Part shown: positions 34,801-49,711 of the stretch, piece after piece
Layout: the number at the start of each line of letters is the position of its first letter
Numbering within the stretch: position 1 is the first letter of the stretch
From: Azolla caroliniana
Lineage: Eukaryota > Plantae > Polypodiophyta
NCBI GenBank assembly: GCA_043228905.1
Contig: JBHGNT010000003.1
Location: forward strand, 25,730,001-25,794,000
Direction: 5' to 3'
DNA: 64,000 nt
The notes under the pieces: model-generated
Database searches by the model: none
What the model was told of the DNA's origin: nothing
The model's input: only the letters and a program-made list of their open reading frames with translations
Translations under genes and position numbers: made by a program

Positions 34801-35927
34801 TTTTCATCATATCTTGGACATCCCAAAAGTTTGTACCTTCCTAGTGGTTGGCATATGGGTTATTGGGAATATGAACAAGTTCAAGACGTTAGGTGCACCC
34901 ATAATTGCAATATGAATTATGATTAGGTGTTTAAATTATGGTGGTTAGTAAGGCTAAACCCTAATGTTGCTGCATACTCTCTCATGAATAGTTAACCACC
35001 ATTAAACCACTAGTGATGTGAGTGAATCTTAATTTTTGTTAGGGTTTTTAAAGTCATAAATGGAAGTAAGAGGGACTTTGGGTGGGGTCTTTGGGGTCTT
35101 TACATGAAATTGTCTTCGTAAACATTTATGATTGAGGGAAGTGATTGGATGCAAATGCAAATTGTATCTAATGGCATGCGATTATCCAAGTTAAACCACC
35201 AATATATTCTGAGTATGTGTAAAAATTGGGTTCTAGTCAATACAAAGATTAAGCCAGTGTCATTGAGGATGCCAGCTCCAGCCGATGCAAAATTGGCTCC
35301 ACGAAGCAACATTTCGTGGGTGTTGGTGGGATCGGTATAAGCTAGTGGTGACTCCATGCCCCAATGCTCACCTATGATGAAATCCATCATATAATGATGT
35401 AAAACCCAAGTAATAATATATGCGATAGACATACAGTTGAGACTCGATTAAACGGACAATAAATTGCAAATTCTCATAATCCATATGAACAATTGTAACA
35501 GTCTAAAATGAATGCTAGGAATGGATTGAAAAAAAAACTATAATAGAGTTCACAACAAGTTACCGAGGAAGTCGAAGAGGAGGCGACCATTGTTAAAACG
35601 GCCGGTGGCAGTGTGGCTCGGGAAGTCGATACCATTGGGCAAGAAGTTGGCCTTTGCAATGCTTTTGGGGAGGTGATTGTTCATGCCCACGTCAACTTGA
35701 GAGTCCCCAAATATGAAAATGGCCGTGGGACGTTTCCCACCTGAGGGTGTTGTATAGTTTCTATTGTTAGTACTAACCATCCTATCATCATCCAAGGGAC
35801 CAGCACACCTAATAGCCACAATGAAAGAACTGCACATTATCATTATCATGGCTACCATTAATCCTACACTTCCAAACAACAAATCCCTCCTATCACGTCC
35901 ATGGAACTCCCTCTCCATGTTAATCAT
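31810..35927 (-). CDS. GDSL esterase/lipase (copy 1), ~6 exons
   Basis: [17 protein letters not shown]...[48 protein letters not shown]. Confidence 0.92.
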
Positions 35928-36243
35928 GACATAGAGAAAAATATGTATGTAACTAACTATATACACTAGACTACACTATACTATTTACTAGTACTACCAC
36001 TATTATCTATCTCTAAGACTAATGGGTTTTTACTCCACTTCACATGGTCATTTATATATACTCTTCTATTAATAGAGTTCCCATTTGTATGTATGTATGT
36101 ATGTATGTATGTATGTATCGCATGTGCGTATATGCATGTATGTAGAATTTAGCTAACAAAACTCCAAGACAATTGTCTCACAATTATTTGAGTTGATTCA
36201 CTTAAGTTCAAAAATAAAGAGGGATGGCATTTCTTGCTAATAC

Positions 36244-36289
<46 letters not shown>

Positions 36290-36458
36290 AGATTTCTACC
36301 GGGGTCCGAAAGTACATACTGCGTGCATTCAATTCTTGTTGTTCTGCAGAAATGATCATAAGTTAAAAATTCATTTTAGCTGTATATCTACCTCACCCGA
36401 TACATAATACCTTGCTTTTCTTTTTTATTTACCTGTTATGAGCTCTTGGGATCATATA

Positions 36459-37880
36459 CAGTAGACATTCGGTTAAGTGCGTGCCCACTTAAATGTGCCA
36501 TTCTATTAAGTGCGCTTTTTATAGAGGTCAAAATAGAGATCATAAAAATTTCATTATTTCATGATGAAATTACATAAAACCAAATTGAAACTATATTCTA
36601 AACATTCAAAAAACAACAAAATGATCAACATTTAATAAAATTGATGTTGTGAACCACAAAATGAATTGAACTTAGATCTTGCATTCCTACCATTGCATAG
36701 GTTGGGTGAGGGTCAATGAAGTGAAAACTATCGATTGGTTAATCAATTAATAGCTCATTATGTGGACTCATATTAGGGGAAAGCTATTAATTGATTAATC
36801 GCTCATTATGTGAGCTCACATAAAGGAAAAACTATTAATCGATTAATAGCTCATTATGTGGACTCATATTAGGGAAAGCCATTAATCGATTAATAGTTCA
36901 TTATGTGAGCTCACATAAAAGAAAAACTATTAATCGATTAATAGCTCATTATGTGGACTTACATTAGGGGAAAGCTATTAATCAATTAATAGCTCATTAT
37001 GTGGATTCACATTAGGGGAAAGCTATTAATCGATTAATAGCTCATTATGTGAACTCACATAAAGGAAAAACTATCAATCGATTAATAGCTCATTATGTGG
37101 ACTCACATTAGGGGAAAGTTATTAATTGATTAATAGCTCGTTATGTGGACTCACATTAGGGGAAAACTATTAATCGATTAATAGCTCGTTATTTGGACTT
37201 ACATAAAAGAAAAACTATTAATCAATTAAAAGCTCATTATGTGGACTCACATTACTGGAAAGCTATTAATTGATTAATAGTTTTTCTTTTATGTGAGTTC
37301 ACATAAAACAAAAACTATTAATCGATTAATAGCTCATTATGTGGACTCACATGAAGGGAAAGCTATTAATCAATTAATAGCTTGTTATGTGGACTCACAT
37401 AAAAGAAAAACTATTAATCGATTGATAGCTCGCTACTCTTAGGTATTTTTGTAGCACTATCTCAACCAAGTACGTGGATCGTTTCTCCTAAACCACATGC
37501 CACAATTCAAACTAACGACATCACGCACAATCTCTAAACGATTACAATCTAAAATATGTAGAGAATCAGGCCATCTAAACTATCCACAAGACCTCCCTTC
37601 TCTTCCGAATCTTTCTCTCGTATTCATAGCATAGACACCAAAAAATAGACATAAGAAAGAAACGTGGTGAGTGACATGGATTGCAGCAACGTGGGAGCGA
37701 TTATAGCAGCAAGGAGGGCCTCAACGATGGCTGTTGGGGTTGGGCTCTCTCAAAATTAGAACAGGAAAGAAAAAATTGGGATTTTTTTTATTATTACTAA
37801 AAAAGCCCTAAATGCGCAGCTCGGTTAAGTGCGCACTTTTCCCTTGCGTTCAAAGTGCGCACTTAACCGAATGTCTACTG
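36459..37880. mobile_element. Non-autonomous Tc1/mariner-pogo-type TIR element with TA TSD
   Basis: TA|CAGTAGACATTCGGTTAAGTGCG ... CGCACTTAACCGAATGTCTACTG|TA (23-bp perfect TIR); no coding capacity. Confidence 0.88.
36727..37433. repeat. ~15 x 48-bp tandem array with palindromic core CTATTAATCGATTAATAG
   Basis: Unit (A/G)CTATTAATCGATTAATAGCTCATTATGTG(G/A)ACTCACAT(TAGGGG/AAAGGA)AAA repeated at a ~48-bp period. Confidence 0.92.
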
Positions 37881-40123
37881 TACATATTGTTCACATAAAG
37901 TTAGCAGGTTTCGCTACCTTTCACTCCATTTGTGTGTAAAATGACCTAAAAGTATATGGAAGAGGCCAGACCGGCTATAGTAGCAATGATTTGGACAAGG
38001 ATATTTGAACTAGAATTTCATCATTGGCTCTGGATATAAATATTCGTGGTAGAAGATTAATATATTTCGATTCTGATCATTCAGGAGGACGCGTCCTAAC
38101 GTACCACACGTAAACTAGTAGGAGTAGTAACTAGCACGTTAGGAATTTAGTGATAGCCATCTCAAAGCCATGTTTGCTTTCACATACATATTGGCTTGGT
38201 AAAAGTGTAAAACAGTTAATATTTTGCATGCGGATTACATATGTATATTGGCAGGACAAACGTGACCTCATCGACATTCACACAATACATCCTCACATGA
38301 TGGTATGAGAGCTAGATGTAGATGGGCATGTCTATGTGTCTATGTGGTGGTGTAGAGGTATTAACAATGGCTCATAATGATAGAAAGAAAGAAAGATATA
38401 TTAATGTCTTCTAAGACCAAAATTGGCCCATGAGACAATTGGTTCACAACAAGAACGGGGTATTTACCCATTCATCGAAAGTAAAATAAAAAATAGAATA
38501 GAATAGAATACACCAATATAGCATATTTTGTAGGGTGTGTTTCTGGTTGGGATTGAATATAAGATTTTAGGGTTATGAACCATTGGATATCTTTTTAAGG
38601 TTTTACTTGTTAGGGTCACGACTCAAGGCTCTTGCTTCAAAGGCCAAAGAGATATCTTCCAAGGGATTATGCACAAGAGTTAGGGCTAGTGTTTTTTTAT
38701 CTTCACAAATGGACAAGGTTAGAGTAGCCTTTTGTTGTGTCTAAAGATAGGGTTAGTGCTTTACCATCACACTTTAAATTTCTAAAACTACTGTTAGGGT
38801 TCGGTTTATATATATGTATATACTAGGATTTATGAATCACTCTTTGTGGAATTTTAAGGGTAATGGAAGATCCTTCATATAGGAACTAATAATTTATTCC
38901 TTGTTTCATTTCACAAGACAACCCTTGATCTCTCCCCAAATTCAAGACCACATGACTTGTCTACACAAGAATGACAACAAATCTTTTAATGTGTAACAAG
39001 AATCCTCAATTATTTGACCATCCAACAATAGACAATCAATTCCCACTGAATAATTTGTTCATCTACCCAAAATGCTTTTCCTCATCTTCCGCCACCATGA
39101 ACATGAACACATTAATTGAGAGACGTAACAAAATGGTGAGTACCATGAAGACGCAAATATAGGGAGGGCATCCATGATCAAAATCACTATTGAGAACCCA
39201 AAAGGGATAGAACGATGTTGACTATGTTGTAAGGCAAATGGTTATATGCAACCAATGATAGGGGAGAAGAAAAGGAGAAATATGACCAAAGTAACCAAAA
39301 AACAAACTCTTAATAAAATAGAGATATAAACTAAAAATGTCCAAAAACATCCAAGCATTTTAAGACCCACTTGTGATCACATTGTCAAAGGCTTTAAAAA
39401 CCTTGAGTCGGGATATTCCGGGTCAGACATTTAAGAATATATATATATATATATATGCAACCATGATTGAGGAGATTGTAAGCAATTACATTAGGATGTT
39501 CCGCATTTGCCAAATGATATCACTAAGAGACATTTTCTTTGGAGATGTGTATGTTTGTGTCAGTGTGTGTGATTTATTGTCCATCTTTGATATATCCTTT
39601 GTATTTGCCTTAATTTGCGTGGGATCCACTTCATATATAAACCATGGCCATAAGATCACAACCTCATCCTCCACTAGTGTCTTCCACTATCCCCTTAACA
39701 TTGTCGACAATCTCATGACCTGCTTCATCTAACATTTTAATGCCCATTATTTCAATAAAATCTTGCTTGATCAACATTTTAGGTTGGCACATGTCCTACA
39801 CTCAAATGTGGAGAAAGGAGAATGATGATAAGATGTAGATTCTTAGAAGTTACAAAAGTGTTCACCTTGTCATGTGAAGGGTTATTTAATTTTCCTAAAA
39901 GTAGTAACTTAAAGTAACATACTAAAACAATTTACAATAGTTCCGATGTTTCTAATGTGACACCGGTTTAGTTAAGAAGTTCATCCACATTGTTGTAGAA
40001 GTGTAATGTAGCAACATTGATTTTGAAACAATTCTCTACTAATGAGCTTTAGGGTGTCAAGTTCTTTGATTATGGTTTTGATCCATAATCTTTCCTTTGC
40101 AATATCACTTAAAGGGCTACGAA

Positions 40124-40475
40124 TACTTGTCATTTGCTTTTCTAAAGACCGTGCCTGATTTTCGGCAAGAGGTATCAAGATCCTTGCAAAAGTAGATATT
40201 TGGCCGCTTGAAGATGATTAAACCATAGAAATAAATGTACAGGTATACTTTCACAACACCAAAACACATTGTTAACTACATTGCTATTGTCATTGCTTTT
40301 CAGTGAGAGGTACTTGTCATTTGCTTTTCTAAAGACCACGCCAGATTTTCAGCAATCCTTGCAAAAGTAGATATTTGACTCCGCTTGAAGATGATTAAAC
40401 CGTAGAAATAAATGTAAGGGTATACTTTCACGACACCAAAACACATTGTTAACTACATTGCTACTTGCATTGCTT
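40124..40475 (+). repeat. Tandem ~185-bp duplication
   Basis: TACTTGTCATTTGCTTTTCTAAAGACC...GTTAACTACATTGCTA occurs twice (from ~40124 and ~40311). Confidence 0.8.
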
Positions 40476-40505
40476 ACATACCATCAATGTGTGTCGCAAT
40501 AAGTA

Positions 40506-40541
<36 letters not shown>

Positions 40542-40619
40542 TATTTAATGTGTCTATGTATGTAGGTATGTCTGTTTGTCTGTCTCTAACCATTAAAATG
40601 GTTTATTATGTCTAAATTT

Positions 40620-42641
40620 AAGCACCCTGGAAATGGCTTATTATGCTGCTCTGTGAAGAATGTTCATAGTGCCTCTTTAAAAGAGGCAAAAACAGAACAA
40701 AATTTGCACATCCCAAAGAAAAGAATATTGTGCCTACCAAACAATCAAAATTGTTGACATCCAAAAGAATATCAGTACATGGTAGATGATTCACTAAATT
40801 TGTGAGATACAAAAAGTTTGAATTGCAGGAGAAGTACGGCAATGCAGAAAAAGATACAAGTTTCGATCACATATTACATGAATTAATGAGAAATTTACTC
40901 CCCCATTAGCCAATAGACAAAGAGAACTGCAAGAGATCCTTTTCCTGAAAACTGAATAAATTGCATCCTTAAATTTTATTCATAGTGGACAAGTCACGTT
41001 ATTGCTCTAAGTTTGTGGGCTAAAAACAATCCTCGTCCTACAAATCCTCATAATCTTTATTAAGTAGAAGACAAATGCACCTGCTTCCTCAAAATAACAG
41101 CTGATAATGGGGGTATATGTACATGAAACACCACCACCCAATGCCAAACTTTGACTAACTTCATAGCAGTCCTTATGACTGTAATGCAGGGCTTTGTAGA
41201 TCAAATGGCTAGCTTCAGCTTTATAGATAACATATATTTATCCTCCTGTTTTACCATGCTTCATCCCAGATTTGTTTGACCACAATAAGCATGGGAGATC
41301 ATCTGTTATCAGGAGGCTGGAAATGCTGTACTATCTCTCTTTGTATCAAGGAGTTGGTGATTTACTATAGCTTTAGTTTCTTTCGATGCAGTTTTTTTTC
41401 CTTCCCATGAAGAATGTTTGGAAATCATCATCGAAAAAGTTCCAAACATGGAGAATATGAGAGGTGTAGCAAACAATTGCTGATAAATCACAAAGTACCC
41501 AAGTTGACCAAACTTGAACAAAGTGATTCAATGTAGAGAATCTTGAGAGAGAGAGAGAGAGAGAGAAAATGAAAGAGGACAATAGAATTTCCAGTTCCAG
41601 CAATAATTGTTGTAATTGGTACTGCAACAAAAAGTCACAATGCATCATGGAATGTATTGACTGCGAGAGTGCCATCTCTAGCATCCTACAAATGAAATGA
41701 ATCATAATAAACTAATTCAGATGAGCACAGCTGCATCTAATGGATAACATAAAAATGAAAGTATATTTGGAACGAATAGGAACAAAAGGGTGCATTTTAT
41801 TTAGGTAAAAAAAGCATGTTCCAAATAAGTGACAAATCGAAGGAAGTGACATTGTTTGGACATAATAAAATTCATAGGCAAAATTCTCTTGTTCATTATA
41901 AATATGGGAAAGATTATTTAAATAAAGTGCTGATACATTGTTTAGAAATAGATACATAAACCATGAACACATCATTTTGTCTTGTTCATTCCAAATATCA
42001 GTGACAAATAAAAGGAAGTGTGACACAGTGTTTGGGCATAATAAATAAATAAATAAATATTCATGATTATGAAAAAGGATTATATTCCATAAGCTCTTTT
42101 CTTTGCCCATTGATGATAATAACAAAAATGCCTACAGAGAAAAAATGAAAGACAGGAGAATAGACAAAAAAAGATATTAGTACCTGCCATCTGAAGCAAA
42201 CATTCTTGTAACAAAGAGGCTGTTTGAGGAGCCACGCACAAGAAAGATACTCAACCAACGAGAACAAACCCAAAGCAATAGAGCCCAGGAGGCATGAGTG
42301 TGATGCCTCTGTTGCTGAAGCCTGAAAATACCACAAATTTGATATGGCATTACCAGAGAAAATCCCGGGAAAAACTTTACAGCAGAAGATGAGGATGGCA
42401 ACCGGTATTATCCCAGATGGTGCCCATATTGGAGATGATTGTGACCTTAACATAGGAAGAGTCTCCTATAACTGCCCTGCCCGTACATATACACATACAA
42501 GCATAATGTTCACTAAAAACCACAGACCTTGCTGAACCCCGCCTCAGATCTTTCATACTTTGGGACTTTGTATGTTTTCAGCCTTGAGACAGAATTGGCA
42601 GGAATGATTTGAGCATTTAAGTTGATTCATAGCATCAAACC

Positions 42642-42687
<46 letters not shown>

Positions 42688-43137
42688 TCCTTATTCATGT
42701 CATTCATGATGCTAACATTTTGTTGATCTGGTGATACAACCTCTCATGATGATGCCGTTTGCTTGGTCTAGTGATGAATAGCCAGTTGGGAAAAGAGAAG
42801 AGATGGGAAAAGGAGGGAGATGGAAGTACCTCGACAAAATTGCAGAGAGTCTTAGCGGATCCTCGAGAGGAGGTGAGCAGATCTTAGACCCCAGCAAGGG
42901 GCAAGCCGAACAGTGGCTATACACGACGGATTGGGATAACAGAGAGCTTGGACATGGTGATGGAGCCTCGAATGGCGGTCGCCAAATCTCCTTGCCAACG
43001 AAGTGTCCATTGATGGATGTCCCCCCTACAACAACGAACGCCTTGGAACGAGTCATCTGCTCTGCGTCTGGACTCTGTACTGCCATGATCTTCATGACCT
43101 CGCCCTTAGCGCAGAACCGAGGAAGAAGAAACTCCAC
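40620..43137 (-). pseudogene. Degraded gene with a MASE1-like membrane sensor domain (possible histidine-kinase N-terminus)
   Basis: SSPIWAPSGIIPVAILIFCCKVFPGIFSGN and VWSTWVLCDLSAIVCYT resemble the MASE1 motifs (PIWPP.G...WPGIF.G; W..WW.GD). In-frame stop and microsatellite disruption; no kinase domain seen. Confidence 0.5.
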
Positions 43138-43739
43138 GATTTCATGGATCCGTTCTGTTGTGGACGCAGGCTTCCTGCAGCACCTATTCTGTTGTGATAT
43201 TGTACATATTTGAATAGAATTGTTTTAAGTTTTAACCCATGAAGAAGGCCCAATTTTGGTATTATATAGCCTTTAGAAGACGTTAATACGTATAATATTT
43301 TTCTTTCTTTCTTTCTAGGGTAAGTCAGAAATTGGAGTATGATCATAAAATATATGTGATTGATCAATGTCATATTATTAGCTAATAGCCAATACCATTT
43401 CAATTTGTTTACTCATCTCCTTCAGTTCATTAATTTTCCTTACATTTTCTTGGTTATTAATTGTTGGAAATACTCCTCCTCATCTCCATCCTTAAGATTT
43501 TTGAGTTTGTTGGTGCGTTAAGATTTGACAGCCATGAGTAGAACACCCCCCTTCTGCTTATGCTTATGTTTGAGTAGAATACCACCATTAACAAGAGTGT
43601 ATTATGGAAAAGAAAGTTTTACTTAGTTGACATGCATTCAATGGCGGTCCAAACACCATAGATCTCTTATTGTCTTTCAATTTCCTTTATGTTTATAGCT
43701 TATGGATTTATTTAGTTGCTTTTCAATATAGGAGGGGAG

Positions 43740-44312
43740 TAAAGTACCCTTGCACATGTGTTGATTTTCTTCTCCTCTCTGATGGAAGACATGTGTTGGA
43801 GGCCTCTTATACTACACCAAATCCATTGTTTGGAAGAAGACAAGGTTTGGTCTACTATATCTTCTTTAGTAGTTTGGATGTTATGGAAGGCAAGATATAA
43901 GTGTGTATTTCAGAATGTCAAACCAAATGCGGTTGAGTTAGTCAAGGAGATATGGTTGATGCTCGTGCATACTCTAACAGGTCAATATGAGGCAATACAT
44001 GGTGAGCTTGATGTTGTGTTTCGCAAGCAACAACAATTTCGAGAATTTTGGATAAAGGCAGAGGTCTTCACCTATTTTGGGGACAGAATAAAATGGAGAT
44101 ATGCTCCACCAAGATGGCTTTTTCCGCCCCCTGTCTTAAAAAGACCATGTATGAGGGTTTCGGCTACTAGACATGTCCATTCATGTGGGTAGGAGGGTTG
44201 TAATAGATTGTATGGATACTTTGTAGCCTTTGTAGCCTTTGGGCATCTTTTCATTAATACCACGATGAATCTTGACTTAAAAATAAATAAAAATAAAAAT
44301 AAAAATAAAAGT
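43740..44312 (+). mobile_element. 5'-truncated LINE 3' end
   Basis: VVWMLWKARYKCVFQ motif typical of the plant L1 ORF2 C-terminus, followed by an (AAAAT)n tail at 44280-44310. Confidence 0.75.
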
Positions 44313-44635
44313 ACACTTGCACAACGTTCTAACCGTAGCTGATTTTGATGATGTAGATAAGCGAAACACCCTCAATGGTAAGCTTGAAATCTTGGTTTTT
44401 CTCATTCCTTCACTTTTTCCTTTTTCATTCTGCAAAGTTTTCGCTGGTGTTTGCTATCTGGATCATGCAAACTTTTCATTGGTGCTCACGTTCTTGATTA
44501 TATGAAGCGTGTAAAAGGAGAATTTAGTTTAGCTTCATAAGTTGTTATTTCTACCATAATTTTAAAAGTTTATATATAATTCTCTTGTTTTTTAAGTTTT
44601 AGGGGTGTACCATTTTGATCTCATGTTGCTAGAAA
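44313..44635 (+). pseudogene. Truncated ferritin paralogue (3' exons only)
   Basis: DFDDVDKR..|GTAAGCTTGAAATCTTGG matches the exon 4/intron 4 junction at 28808. GGTGTACCATTTTGATCTCATGTTGCT matches the last exon, and the 3' UTR and flank match 29425-31340. Confidence 0.85.
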
Positions 44636-45415
44636 AGACCAAGTCATTCTCACTTTGGTCCAGAAAGTGATGTTTGATACAATCAAGATGTCTTCTCATA
44701 ACCATATGGAAAGCAACTCCAAAGTGTATATAAATGGGTGGATAGATACACATATGTACAAGTAGTAGCAATATAGATATATGTATGCCTTGGCTAATAT
44801 CTGTCTAAGCATTAGACTTGCTTTGCTTTAGAAGTTGGAACAAAAGCGGTTTGGAGTTTGTTAATGGTTCCCAAGAGAAGATGGTCTCATGTAGCAAGTA
44901 TTAAGTTTATGTTGATATTATACATGTAATATCCATGAGATTGTTGGTATCATGGCCAGTTTGGAACACATGTTTTTAAAATTTGTGGTTAATAGATATC
45001 TATATGTGCATGTGTGCATGTAGATATATATCTTTTGTATGGGAACATGTATACTTTTTCGGATTTAAATGGAAAAGACAAAGTTCTGATGGTTGCCACA
45101 TATAAATGTCATGTTTGGAATGTTTGGTTTATTGTTCTCCCTTTCTACTTGAGAAAACATTGGAATTCATCATTGGTTAATTGAAATATATTGCTGACTG
45201 CATCAGCCTCATTTAATGCATATTTTTTGTTCTCTAGAGTGCATTGTTATTTTTAATGAATCCTTATTTTTGTACTTCTGTTTGTTGTAAGCATTCATTA
45301 TGCTGCTTTTCTTTCCCATGATGATGATGGTTGTTTTCTTTCTTGCAATGCTGATCACGTCCCAAAGATAACTGACAAAGTGAAAATCATGTTGCAATCC
45401 TTACATGCCTACCGT

Positions 45416-45452
<37 letters not shown>

Positions 45453-46051
45453 GGAAATTATTACTTGGGATAGTATGGCCTTCAATACATAGCAAGCAAT
45501 TCAACATTTTGTGATCGAGGGCCTCATAGCTGTATTTTAAACCACAATATTGGTTTAAAGACAATTTATGTGGCCAATAATTTGGTTTGTAGGGGTTAGA
45601 CCTTAGCTTCAAATTAAAAACAACACTATGAATTATTTATGTGGTCAATTTTTTTATTTCAAAGGCCTTTGGATGAGGTTGATTGCGTTTAATGGCTATT
45701 ATTTATGGCCATACATAGGGTTCAAGGAATTATTTCATTCATTGTAATTAAATTGCCTAAAAGTTGTTGTGGGGTTATATTAAGATCTTGTTGTTCAAGA
45801 GTTACAACTCATTAATTTGCCCATTGGATAACATGGGAGGGGATAAAGAATATGAGTGATTGTATAAGTGAGCATAATCACAACATGGATATTTGACAAT
45901 TAGAAAAGCAAAATTAGTTTCATTAGGAAGAATAACTTCACTCACTAGGTAGTGCACATTGGTAGAAATGCATCGTACCAAAAAGATTTGATCAAGGATA
46001 GTGGTGAAATTATAATGAATAAACAAGGACATTGACATTGCAATTTGGTAT

Positions 46052-49000
46052 TTAGGAGTATAATTGTGAGAGATTAATGGGGCTAATGTCTGAAGGGGGA
46101 CCAAAAAGGGCGCGTTGAGCGATGATTTTGTTCACGCGTTCTGTTGGATGAAATGGATCCCAAAAAATGTATGAATCTCTATCCTCACAAATTTTCATCT
46201 GGGGTCTACAAGGCACAAGAGACCTATATTGAGTTCCTCGTCCACAACAAGCTGTGTTCACATTTTGGAACCCTGCATTCATTCCGAATCGATCATGATT
46301 CTAATAAAATAATCACTAACTAACCACACCTATCTTTAAATCGTTGGTTGAATTCATATCATATAGCTAATTAGTCTTAAATCAAGGCCATACTTTTTAG
46401 TATTTAGCAAGGTGTATTTATTGATTATTAATCCATTTGTATAACTAAGTTAGTTGAATATGTTAAATATATCTTCGATATTCATGTATATTGATTAACA
46501 TCATAAATATTTATGTCCTTTTTAGTCTCTTTGTTAATTATAAGATTTAAAGATTGTAAAATGAATATTAACTACATACCAAAGCTTGGTGCATTCTGGA
46601 TCATATCCATGGCTACGTCAAATGCATTAGAATAGAGAAAGAGGGAGTCTGGAAGCTCTTGTTGCAACTCATTTGCCATTGATATGAGTTTTTGGTTGAA
46701 GGTGATAGCCACCTATTAGGAAATTAAGGTTCAATATTCATGTGAAACATGAGAATATATGCAAAAAATATTTGTTGCTTTACATCTTAAATAGTGAAAG
46801 TTTAAAACAATAGTGAAATCAACCAAAGCAATGCTAGTGGAGGTTGTGGTAAATGTGAAAAATATGAAGGTGTGGTTAGCAATGCATTGAAACACAAGGG
46901 GAAGTACGTCCAAAATTATGATAGCCAAAATTATTACAAGAATCTTCTTGAAAACATCTATCATGACTACGAAGAGGCCAATGATTTCATTTCATAACTT
47001 ATGTCATCATCTCTACAGTGTCATTCTAAGGTTTTCACTTTTCGTAGTTGGTGAGCCTTTGTGTGCTTGAACTTGCACCCATCCTACAAAAGTTGGCATT
47101 GCACAACCCTAAGAATGCTTTCACATGTTTTCCACTACGATTACATGGGGGGATATGAACAAACATGGGGGGATATGAACAAACATTACATGCTTCTATT
47201 TGTAACTAGCTAACTATTGCTAGTCCTTGTAAGTAAGGTTTCGGTAGTATTGAAATCCTATTAGAAGAATATTCAAAAGGCATTAATGATGGAAATGATA
47301 ATAATTAATATTGTCCATTTAAGTAAACATATAAATGGGCACCTGTTGAAAGTTGTCAATACACTGGCCATTGGGATCGACGAGGAAACGTTGGCCTATG
47401 ATGACAGGCATGCATCCGATCGGACCTAATCCAACAACTACAATGGTGCGCGCTCCATATCCATATATTTCCTATTAATTGATTAACCACATGAAAGAAA
47501 TTATAATCAAGATTGATTGTTAATCATGACACCAATCTACATGATAAACCATGAGAACTGTAACTAGAAGAAATGATATGTTTACATTAATATCATCCCT
47601 ATAAAGTTAGTACCTTGATTTGTTGGCTAAGCTTGGTAATAAGGAAATCGTGGAATTCCGGAAGTGTAAACTCAAGCTTGCGAGGGGTGGCCGGAGGCAC
47701 AAAATAGTTACTAAGAAAATCATTCGCTCCAATGGTGATGGAGAAAAAACCATTGCGCACGATGTTTGATGCTTGTGCCTCACCCACCATTGCTTGTAAC
47801 TTCCCCACATACTCGCCCATTAACTCCACCTGCTTGGCCATTGGGAAACGTTGGATCTAGCAAAGACATAACATTCAATAAGTATACATACAAAGTTTTA
47901 CAATATACCCCTCAACATAATGGAATACCCAAGATGAAAAACAATTTGACATCACATGCCTCATGTAAGTAAAAATGAAAACTAAGAATCCAGATGTTTA
48001 TGCAAAAAAACAAAACACGCCCTAAAGCAAAGTCGTAAAAGCGATGCCTATATAAATTACATACGTTTTTTTGTAAATATACATACACGTACATTCTTTG
48101 TCTGCCGAGAAAAACACGATCAACATTGCTCTACTAATCCAATGCACGTGCTTTCTAACCTCAGATTTATGCATTTTAATTCCAGGAGATGGATAGAGTT
48201 CTACGTAATAATGTCTACTTAGCTTCGGTCGATGGCACTAAAAACTCTAGAGTTTCCGTTTGCATTAACGAATTTTTACTTTCTACAATCCTGTAAAGCT
48301 TATTAATTAAAAATATGAATATTGGAAGAAAAGAAAACCTTTAACCGGTAAGTGTACAACAAGCAATCGAGATGAGGTGGAAACACAAATTGGGCTCAGT
48401 AAAAAAGGTGACACTCAATTTGTGCTCTAAGTACGTACACTTATGTTGCCTTTATCCTTTATCACTAAGGTGCATCTACCTACACCCAGCTATTGAAGAA
48501 ATAACTACATATCTACCTACATATTAGCCAACCTTGTAAGAAATGACTCTCTATCTACACCAAGACACCTTTGGTTTCTTTCTACCTTTGCCCTAAAGGC
48601 TAGTGTTTTCCCTTTCCACCGCATCTCAGAACTTTCCCAAGAATTTAGTGTTGGCATGTGGGCTCATTGGTACCATGAGCAGGTTCACACGTTAGGTGCC
48701 CTCACAACATGAATTATGACTAGATGCATAAAAAGTTATGGTGGCTAGATCGACTAAACACTAACAACATTGTGTTGCATATATCATCTCATGAATAGTT
48801 AACCCTGATGAGCCCATTAGTGATGTTAGTGAATTTTATCTTTGGTTATAGTGATTTTCTTTATAAGGGGTGGGATATTTAGACCTAAATGATATAGATG
48901 TGGATGGGAATTGGTTGTGTTTTATTAAAGTTTGGACAGAAGGCTTTTGGTGACATTGTGAAGCTATATAGCAAAACATGGCATGTGATTGTCCTCGTAA

Positions 49001-49711
49001 GTTCAACCATCAAGCTAAGTTGGCCTCGAAATAAATTGGGTTATAGTCAATACAAAGATAAAGCCGGTGTCGTTGAGAATGCCGGCTCCTGCGGATGCGA
49101 AGTTGGCCCCACGCAGCAACATTTCTCCGGTGTTGGCCGGATCAGTATAAGCTAGTGGTGACTCCATGCCCCAATGTTCACCTATACATAAGTATTATGT
49201 CCACACGAGCCGAGTATTACAAGCCAATTGACGCATGGATATTAATGGACTAAACTTACAATGATAATATCTTAAGACTTATACAAACAGAATGTAGTGA
49301 AAAACATTGCAAATCAGATTTCATTCATTAAATGGTATAGGAAATGTTACCAAGGAAGTCGGAGATGAGTCGACCATTGCAAAAACGGCCGGTGGCAGTG
49401 CGGCCTGGGTAGTCGATACCATTGGGCAAGAAGTTGGCCTTTGCAATCGATGCCGGGAGGTGATTGTTCATACCCACGTCTACAAGTGAATCTCCGAATA
49501 TGAATGTTGCCGAGGGACGTCTACCTCCCGAGGGTGTCCTAAAGCTAGTATTGGTACTAACCATCAGGCTACCATCATCTAATGGACTAGTAGAGCTAAA
49601 AGCCACTATGCAAGGGTTGCACATTATGATGACCACCATTAATCCTACATTTAAAAATAATCCATTGATCTTACAATGATGGAACACCACCATCTCCATA
49701 TTCTTCATCAT
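46052..49711 (-). CDS. GDSL esterase/lipase (copy 2), ~6 exons
   Basis: [53 protein letters not shown]; exon structure parallels copy 1. Confidence 0.92.
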
